In this document: piece after piece, positions 56,186 through 64,000 of the stretch
How the letters are laid out: each line of letters starts with the position of its first letter
Position numbering within the stretch: the first letter of the stretch is position 1
NCBI GenBank assembly: GCA_964016885.1
Contig: OZ024750.1
Location: 51,398,001-51,462,000 of the forward strand
Source: Eledone cirrhosa
Lineage: Eukaryota
Direction of reading: 5' to 3'
DNA length: 64,000 nt
The notes under the pieces: model-generated
The model's input: the letters and a program-made list of their open reading frames with translations, nothing else
Databases searched by the model: none
What the model was told of the DNA's origin: nothing
Translations under genes and position numbers: made by a program

Positions 56186-56235
56186 CCATTACGAGCTGAG
56201 GATCCGCTAAGGTGAAACAATTGTTCTTGGTATGG
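56186..56235 (+). ncRNA. Type I minimal hammerhead ribozyme (inverted-arm copy)
   Basis: Same as 53278-53327 except CUUG in stem I (a G-U pair). Confidence 0.78.
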
Positions 56236-56308
56236 TGAACAAACTGATGTGTAACCACTTCTACCACTAGTGCTCTACCACTACGGATATTACCTTCCAG
56301 TGTTCCAC

Positions 56309-56434
<126 letters not shown>

Positions 56435-56806
56435 TGTATTTGACATAATATGTGTTAGTTAAAGAAGCGAAATAGTGTTCACGGGATAAAGCACTCGCTG
56501 AAGTTTACATGTAGGTTTCATACCCCAGAATAGAAGTATAGTAATGAGGTAGGAATCAAAAGGTTAGAATGTACCTCTTTTATGTGTTACACAATTTCTG
56601 TTATATGTATTTCGATGACAACTTTTCTCTAACACTTATGACCACCTCTTGATAGCTACCTCTTGAGTTCATAAGTTTCGCATAACAGTTATCATAGAAA
56701 TACGTATAATAACAATTGTGTAACAAATAAATGAGGTAAAGTCTAACCTGTTCACTTCTACTTCATTATATATATGTGTGTGTGTTTATTATGTATGCAC
56801 ACATAT

Positions 56807-56850
<44 letters not shown>

Positions 56851-56889
56851 ACACACATGCATACATACGTACATACATACATACATATG

Positions 56890-59800
56890 ATAATAAAAAC
56901 CCCAACATTTTGGCAAATTAACGCCTGTTTATATGCCTTAGCAACGACAGTGAAGCATTATCTTGGTGATAGCAGAGATATTAACAAGGACAAAACACCA
57001 CCAAAAGTAACATCATGTATAACTAAAAGAGAAAAAAAGATTGCTGACCTACGAAAAACCATAGGATATGCGACAATGCTCCTTACATGCAAAAAAACCT
57101 CACTCCTCACCAACAAAGAGTGAAAAATAAAATAGAGACGATGTTTTGTAACAGTAGAAACAGAACTCTCCAATATAAGCTGATCACCCTCAAACAAGAA
57201 TTGAGAGCTGTTAGCTAAAAACGCCGATACCTGAAGAAGGTAGATGAGAGAAAAGTGCTTAATAAAAGTTTCAGACGAAACCAAATATCAGTCTATAGAG
57301 ATATGAAGGACAAAATAATAAGTGTCACTGAGGCCCCATCCCAGAAAGACAGATTCCTTTTGGAGCAAAATATGGGGTGAAAAGAAGAATTTCAACCAAG
57401 ATGCAGTGTGGCTAAGAGAAATCCGAAAGAACTATTGCTCCAACACTACAACAAAAACATACGAAATATGTGAGGGTACCCTTGAGACTGTGATAGGATA
57501 ACTCCAAGATAAGAAAACACCAGGAAGAGACATGATTGTCGGCTACTGGTACAAAAAACTGATATTCGCTAGGAAATATCTTATTGACCTCTACCAACAG
57601 GTTCTTAAGGGAGATACACTTATACCAGAATGATTGACATTAGCGCAAACATTACTGGTCCCCAAGAACAAAGACACCCACTTGGCAAAAAACTACCCAA
57701 CCATAGCATGCCAGAACCTGATGTATAAGATGTATACAGTCTGCCTGAACCTATTCCTCCAAGATCACTGTGAAAATAATAACATCATCACAGATGAACA
57801 AGCAGCTGGAAAGAAAGGTGTTTGGGAATGTGCTGAAAAACTCCTAATCAACAAAACTGCGATGTAGGAGGTGCGACAACTTAGGAGGAATATGGCTACA
57901 GTCTGGCTGGACTACTGGAAAGCTTTCGATTCTGTTCCCCACTTTTGGATGATAGAGGCCCTCCAACTTGCTAAAGTCCAAGACATTATTGTCAGAGACA
58001 TAGAGAAGCTGTCTTCTTCTTGGGATACTATCCTAAAGTTAAAGACAGAGAAGGAGGACTCTATTTTCACTGATAAAATAAAATATTGAATGGGTATATT
58101 TCAGGGGGACAGTCTCTATGGGATATTATTCAACTTGTCAGTTAAACCCCTTGTCGTTTCTGCTCAAGAAATGTGAGGGATACATCATTGGCTCACAGGA
58201 GGACAGAAATACGAACCTAACCCATAATTTCTTTGTGGACGATCTCTATGCCAAGAACAAGGAATGGAGTTTGGCCAAGATAAATGCTCATACATGACTG
58301 TAAAGCGGGGAAAAACAACAACCCAATCTAGCAACATTGTCATCAATGGCCTAACTGTTTCACCAATATCTGATGAGGACTGCTACAGATACCTGGGGAT
58401 AGGTGAGAACATATCCTATAATGGTATCTGTAATAAAGAAAGCGTAACCAGGGAATACTACACCCGATTAAGAAAGATCTGGTCATCGGAAAGCTCTGCG
58501 CAAAACAAAACAGTGGCTCACAATGTGTTTGCTGTGCCTGTCCTAAAACCAACGTCTGGAATACTCAATTGGACGATAGGCGAAATCCGAGCAGTTGATG
58601 TTGGAACTCGAAAAATACACCGGAAATACACCGGAAACTTCCACATCAACAGTGACATAGACCACCTTTACTTGAAACGTAAGCAGGGAGGCAGAGGCCT
58701 AACATCAGTCCAGACAACATTTGAATGTCGCATCATATCTCTCCGACAACATCTACGAACCTCGAAGCGTAGGACTCCGTTTCTCGAGCAAGTATATCTG
58801 CATGAAACAGATAAGATCATGAGAGTTGGGAAGGAACACCTCGAGAGATATTCCCTGTGTGATAATCAAAAACTCACACCCAGGGAAGTCGCTCAGCAGT
58901 ATCGCAGTGAATCCATGGATGAAAAACTGCACGCCTATCAGCAAAAAATCATGCATGGATATATTGCCAGGAAGCTCCAGAGTGAGAGTAATATAGATAA
59001 GGAAAGTAGTCTATCTTGGACCAACAACTGCTTTATTGGCTCCCACTTTGCAATCCAAGAACAGGAGATTAACACGAAATACCTGATTCACAAAAGAGAT
59101 AGGGATGCCGGCAAAATACCTAGATGTGATAACAAGTGCAGACTCTGCAGAACTAACATCGAGTATATCACCCATGTCATCAGCAGCTGTCCAAAGATAT
59201 CATCGCGGTACTATCTACTTATGAGGCATGATGTAGTGGCCAAAACACTGTACAATGCAGTCCGTAAAAAAGATAGCCCCGATAATAAACACATTAAAAG
59301 CTACAGCAATGTGGAAGACATCCATGTGCATAATATGAAAGAGTATTGGTGGAATGTTCCAGTAAAAACCCCAATAAAATGCAGGCATAAGGGACCAGAT
59401 ATTATGATATGGGACAGGGAGAAGAAAACATGCACAGTAGTGGAAATTAGCTGCCCAGCAGATGCCATTATAATATCAAAGATTAGTGAAAAGGAGAATA
59501 TTTATGCAGAACTGATGAGAAATCTGCAGATACTCCACTCTGATTACACCTTCAGATTTATGCCTGTGATTACTGGGCCACTGGAGTATGTTAGTAACTG
59601 CCTCAATACAAATCTTGAGAAGCTGGGCTTCACAGGAACAGAAAGAATACAACTAGTTAGGAAATTACAAGTACAATCTATTAATGGAACAGTGAAAATA
59701 TGTAAAACATTCTAAATATTTTGCATCTAATAACTGCATATACACATGCACACATAAAACTCAAACCATACACATCCACACATACAATAACATCCATATC

Positions 59801-59935
59801 TACACATGCATACATATCTACCTAGTTGATGTTGTGTAAATTCCAATGAGAGAGTCTTGTGTCTATGTTAGAAATCGACTCTCTCTCTATTGGTAAAACT
59901 TTGTGAAATTATAAAACCAGAAGAACATACATATA
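56890..59935 (+). mobile_element. Third R4-clade RLE retrotransposon, degenerate, bounded by (ATAC)n-like sequence
   Basis: KTPGRD, NYPTIACQN, EQAAG, WLDYWKAFDSVPH, IFQGDSL, FFVDD, GGRGL, CRLC..HVISSC, MRHD, GPDI..VEISCP..KENIY (ORF 58264-59715); ends AGAAGAACATACATA. Confidence 0.9.
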
Positions 59936-60221
59936 AGCGTGAATTTATTCGTTATATAGTTATGAAAGTCTATAAGATACAAGAACTTAATGAGTTACAG
60001 CAGAAACGAAGATTTATGATTCTAAATAAATACATTTGTTTAGTATTTTCTATTAATGGAGCTCCTACAAAATCACGATTTCATGGTGAAGTTACCGGGT
60101 CGTGACTGCCACAAATTGAACTGATGCCTAAAACACGACGCAACATTCTACGAAGAAAATATACTTTTATTATATATATATTGTGTGGGCGTGGATGTAT
60201 TTATTTTATGTGTGTGTGTGA

Positions 60222-60520
<299 letters not shown>

Positions 60521-60541
60521 ATATTATTTCAAATTATTATA

Positions 60542-60817
60542 AAAATAGATATTCTTGTGATCAATTATATTTTATTATACATATTTCAGAGGTACTGAGT
60601 TAAGTTCAACAGTACGTCCTCATCAGATAAAATAAAATGATACATGACATACCCTGACATAGTAGATGGTTAAGATTCATGAATCTTAATCATCTACTAT
60701 GTCAGGGTATGTCATGTATCATTTTATTTTATCTGATGAGGACGTACTGTTGAACTTAACTCAGTACCTCTGAAATATGTATAATAAAATATAATTGATC
60801 ACAAGAATATCTATTTT
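60542..60817. repeat. Spacer-less near-perfect palindrome (2 x 138 bp) containing a degenerate hammerhead-like core
   Basis: Centre ATTCA|TGAAT at 60679/60680 with about one mismatch. The right arm has CUGAUGA..GUACUG/CAGUAC..GAAAUAUGUA. Confidence 0.85.
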
Positions 60818-60966
60818 GTTAATATTTTGAATTAATATTAATAACTCTGGAAAACATTTAACAGTGAGTGCTTCCAATCTATTGTAAAACTCATTCTTTG
60901 ATGTATTCATTGAACCTTGTTTAACTCTTAAATTATATAAATAAATATATATATATATATATGTAT

Positions 60967-61040
60967 TAATATAGAAAAGCTGCTACAGGGCTAGAACTGT
61001 TTCATTCGTGAGAAATCATCAGGAAGCAACTTCCTGATGA
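60967..61040 (-). mobile_element. Relative of the 49109 mini-element, with an 11 bp fold-back over the CUGAUGA core
   Basis: CTACAGGGCTAGAACTGTTTCATTC..GAAATCATCAGGAAG-CAA-CTTCCTGATGA. Confidence 0.6.
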
Positions 61041-61239
61041 AATCTATTCCTGAGTCCTGTATTTTCGTTGCTTTAGTGATGCGGCTGGACTGCCGATCGC
61101 TATATTTGATTTGCTAAGCTGTCTAAACGTATTGTTATTACTCTGGGGTACTTTTCCACATCCGTGTGCTAAAGCTACATACCGAATTTGCATTCGTGAA
61201 CTTGGCCGCGATCTAAAGCTTCGTTAATGCTGTACTAAA

Positions 61240-61272
<33 letters not shown>

Positions 61273-61527
61273 TATAAAGGTTTACACATATATATATACA
61301 TATATACATATAAGTGTTTTGCAACGGGTCACTTTGTGACTCAATGAAAAGTTAATAAATTAAATAATCAGAGCTATATATCATAAAACATGCCTATTTG
61401 TTGGAGATTTCTTCATAGAAGCCATATTCTTATAGCCTGGTCTATTCGATTTTTTATATGGTTAATTATGCTAATTGGGAGAGGAAATGGTATATATTTT
61501 ATCTGGTGATTCTATAGACTTGTTTTA

Positions 61528-61567
<40 letters not shown>

Positions 61568-62198
61568 TGGGGGTGTATGTGTATGTGCGTGTGTGTGTAT
61601 GTACATGGAGAGGTTTAAAATGGCCAATACATATCCTATGGTGCCTCTACCACTAACGGGAGTTGCAGGCCAATGCATGTACAGTCCAATTGGACCTGTG
61701 TTGGACCACTGTGTTTCCAACAGTATAAATGTTGCCCCCCCCCCCCCCCCCTCCCTTCGTTACATGGCATCAGAAGCATCTATGTTTCATTTTCTGCCAA
61801 ATATATTGAATTGAATTGAATATGTGTGTGTGTGTTGGGGGAGTGTACACGATGGTCTACACCAGCTTCTCCATCTCACGATGGATTGGTCAACTCAACG
61901 TTACTGTAGACGTTGTCACCCTGAATAGGTTGCCATGTCGTAGAATCGCTTACGTATAATTTACGTATGTGTATTTGAATATGCGCTGCTACACTACATA
62001 TGTATGTATGTATCTAGTTCATTTGTCATACATGTATGTATGACAAATGTACTAGGTACATCCCACTGCCCCCGCCACCACAATAACGTCTACACTCTCT
62101 CCCTACCACCACATTTACATTTACACATGTCATTACCCTTGTAGACTAAAGTCACTGACCTGTTGTAAAACTCTCTACTCTGTGTTGAATGTGTGTAT

Positions 62199-62230
<32 letters not shown>

Positions 62231-62245
62231 CACATTCAACACAGA

Positions 62246-62293
<48 letters not shown>

Positions 62294-62362
62294 AAAAAGG
62301 GATGAAATCGAAAATGCAACTGCAGTCTTATTTTTTTTTTAAATATATATATTTATTTGGTT

Positions 62363-62400
62363 CCTTTACCGGTTTCGCAGTTCTTCTGCTTTTCAAAAGG
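62363..62400 (-). ncRNA. Minimal hammerhead ribozyme with U3-A8 core covariation
   Basis: CCUU-UUGAAAA-GCAG-AAGAA-CUGC-GAAA-CCGG-UA-AAGG. Confidence 0.75.
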
Positions 62401-62910
62401 TGAGTTGAGATGGAGGGTCTGTGGTTTTTCTCACATCTGGTTGGTCTCTAAATGTTACTTGTTTTATATGGAAAAACTGGCTCGAAAACCAGGTTTTTCG
62501 AGAAGTAATTTGATTGGTTTGTCAATAATTATAATAAATTTCGCGCCAGTTCGCGTTACAATAGTTCTTCAAATAAGAGAGGGGGGGGTTTCACAGGTTG
62601 TTTTTTCATATATGAGTGTTTGAATTTCTTTTTACTTGAAAAAATGAGGCTCACGAAGGCTTTTTTTTGGTTGGTTATAAATGAAATTTGGCTGTCACGT
62701 GAACAAGTTTTCATTACATTTTTGCGCCCTTATTTGGAAAACTATTCTGTAGTCTTTATAGTGAATGTTATGACAATGGAGAGATAGTGGTCAAGGGAAA
62801 AGGGATTGGGAGAAATGTTCTGGTTCAGTGAATATGGGCAGCTGTCAGAGTTCAGGTGTCAGAGTTCAGATTTTCTATTGAGATTGAAGATATGTGTTTA
62901 TTTGTGTGCT

Positions 62911-62943
<33 letters not shown>

Positions 62944-63432
62944 ATGTGTGTATTGGAAGATGATTCTATTAGTAGAGATGGGGGAGGGAGTTGTGTGTGT
63001 GTGTATATGGGTGTTATGTGTGTGTGTGCGAGTATGTTAGATAGAGAGAATATATATTTTTTGTGTGTGTGTATATATATATGTGTGTAGGAAAGTGGTT
63101 CTATTAGTAGAAATGGGGAGGGTGTTGTAGGTGTGGGGGGTTTTATGTGTGTGTATGGGTGTTATGTGTGTGGGAGTATGGTTAGCATGTTAAGATGAAG
63201 AGAATATATATATATATATATATATTGTGTGTGTGTATGTGTGTGTGTAGGAAAATGATTCCTTTAGTAGGAATATTTTTTAATGAACATATTTTCCTGA
63301 CTTTTTCGTGTTTGCTGTTGTATTGCCAGTGCAAACGTATGTTTAAGGTTTATTTAGTTCGGGTTTTTATTTTCTAAAGTAGGTGTTATGTGTGTGTGTG
63401 TATGTCATATTGTGGTGTTGACTTAATGTATA

Positions 63433-64000
63433 TTAAACCTTATTTAATGTTGGTCTATATTTTTGAATAAACATATTTTCCTTATTTATTCGCATTTGTT
63501 CTGTTGTATTGTTAGCGCAAAGGTAAAATGGGAAGACTTGGAATTTGGGTGTCTTATTACTTGCGCAAATGTCTAGATGTGTACTTAGTTGTATTTGTCT
63601 CGTGGTTGGATCTCGTAATTGTTGGCGATGAACTGTCATTCTGTTTCTGAGTGTGAGTTTAGTTTGTCCTATATAATCTTCATTGCATCCTTTACATTTA
63701 ATGGCATAAATTAGATTTTTTGATGAGCAAGTGAAGTGATTTTTTACAGTAAAATTTTGTCCTGATTTAAATGTATACGTGTTGCCTTCAATGAGGTGAG
63801 TGCAGGTTCTACAATTAGAGCGACCACATTTTTTGATACTTGGTTGTGGGTTTGTGGTAGGTAATTTGGCATTGGTGAGTAATGTTTTCAGTGATTTTGG
63901 TTGTTTTTTGCTTTTGATTATTTTGTGTGTTTCAAGGGCTTTTTTCATTCTTGGGTTTTGTTTTAGTAGTGGGATGTTATTGTGAATAGTGTTGTAGGCT
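63433..64000 (-). CDS. PLE polyprotein C-terminus, GIY-YIG endonuclease
   Basis: Uninterrupted frame with LIY..YIG, conserved R/H/E/N residues and Cys pairs. Confidence 0.8.
   Translation of the reverse strand, partial: AYNTIHNNIPLLKQNPRMKKALETHKIIKSKKQPKSLKTLLTNAKLPTTNPQPSIKKCGRSNCRTCTHLIEGNTYTFKSGQNFTVKNHFTCSSKNLIYAIKCKGCNEDYIGQTKLTLRNRMTVHRQQLRDPTTRQIQLSTHLDICASNKTPKFQVFPFYLCANNTTEQMRINKENMFIQKYRPTLNKV

Larger units (their letters stand above)
53251..56262 (-). mobile_element. Naiad-like Penelope element, near full length on (-), with a ~670 bp inverted copy of its 3' end (55589-56262, +)
   Basis: From ATG 55509: MDLYELHYSLKNIP..RRLRWRA, SDKTNN, LTLKDH..RLINPARTDMG, FYPSI, FDVSMGS, FLDINL, WFSPPFS..KTNVGK, GIY-YIG VIYEA..YVG..CGLC..CPH; multiple frameshifts; arms 53251-53925 and 55589-56262 are near-identical. 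Confidence 0.93.
62290..64000 (-). mobile_element. Neptune-like Penelope element 3' part (GIY-YIG plus ~1.1 kb 3' UTR); continues beyond the window
   Basis: ORF 63433-63948: CGRSNCRTC..FTCSSKNLIYAIKCKGC..YIGQT..RMTVH..KENMFIQKYRPTLN; ends at (TA)n. Confidence 0.9.

Overview
This is AT-rich eukaryotic DNA made almost entirely of repeats, and I found no supportable host gene. A cephalopod (Octopus-type) origin is inferred from the tRNA-derived SINE family and the (TA)n/(CA)n/(ATAC)n/(TAA)n density. Tandem repeats: 35-36 bp and 23 bp satellites and a 4.6 kb CAA/CAC/CCA low-complexity array. DNA transposon relics: piggyBac MITE, deleted mariner, Helitron and a fragmented hAT. Retroelements: L1/Tx1-type LINEs, three R4/Dong-type RLE retrotransposons, RTE fragments, many SINEs and at least seven Penelope-like (PLE; RT plus GIY-YIG) copies. 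The strongest signal not shown by the ORF track is a dense set of minimal type-I hammerhead ribozyme motifs, about 9 well formed plus several degenerate. They sit in PLE 3' ends and in short non-coding, (TA)n-flanked units that often form fold-back palindromes turning at or near the ribozyme core. All alignments and folds were done by eye, so coordinates are approximate to a few nt.
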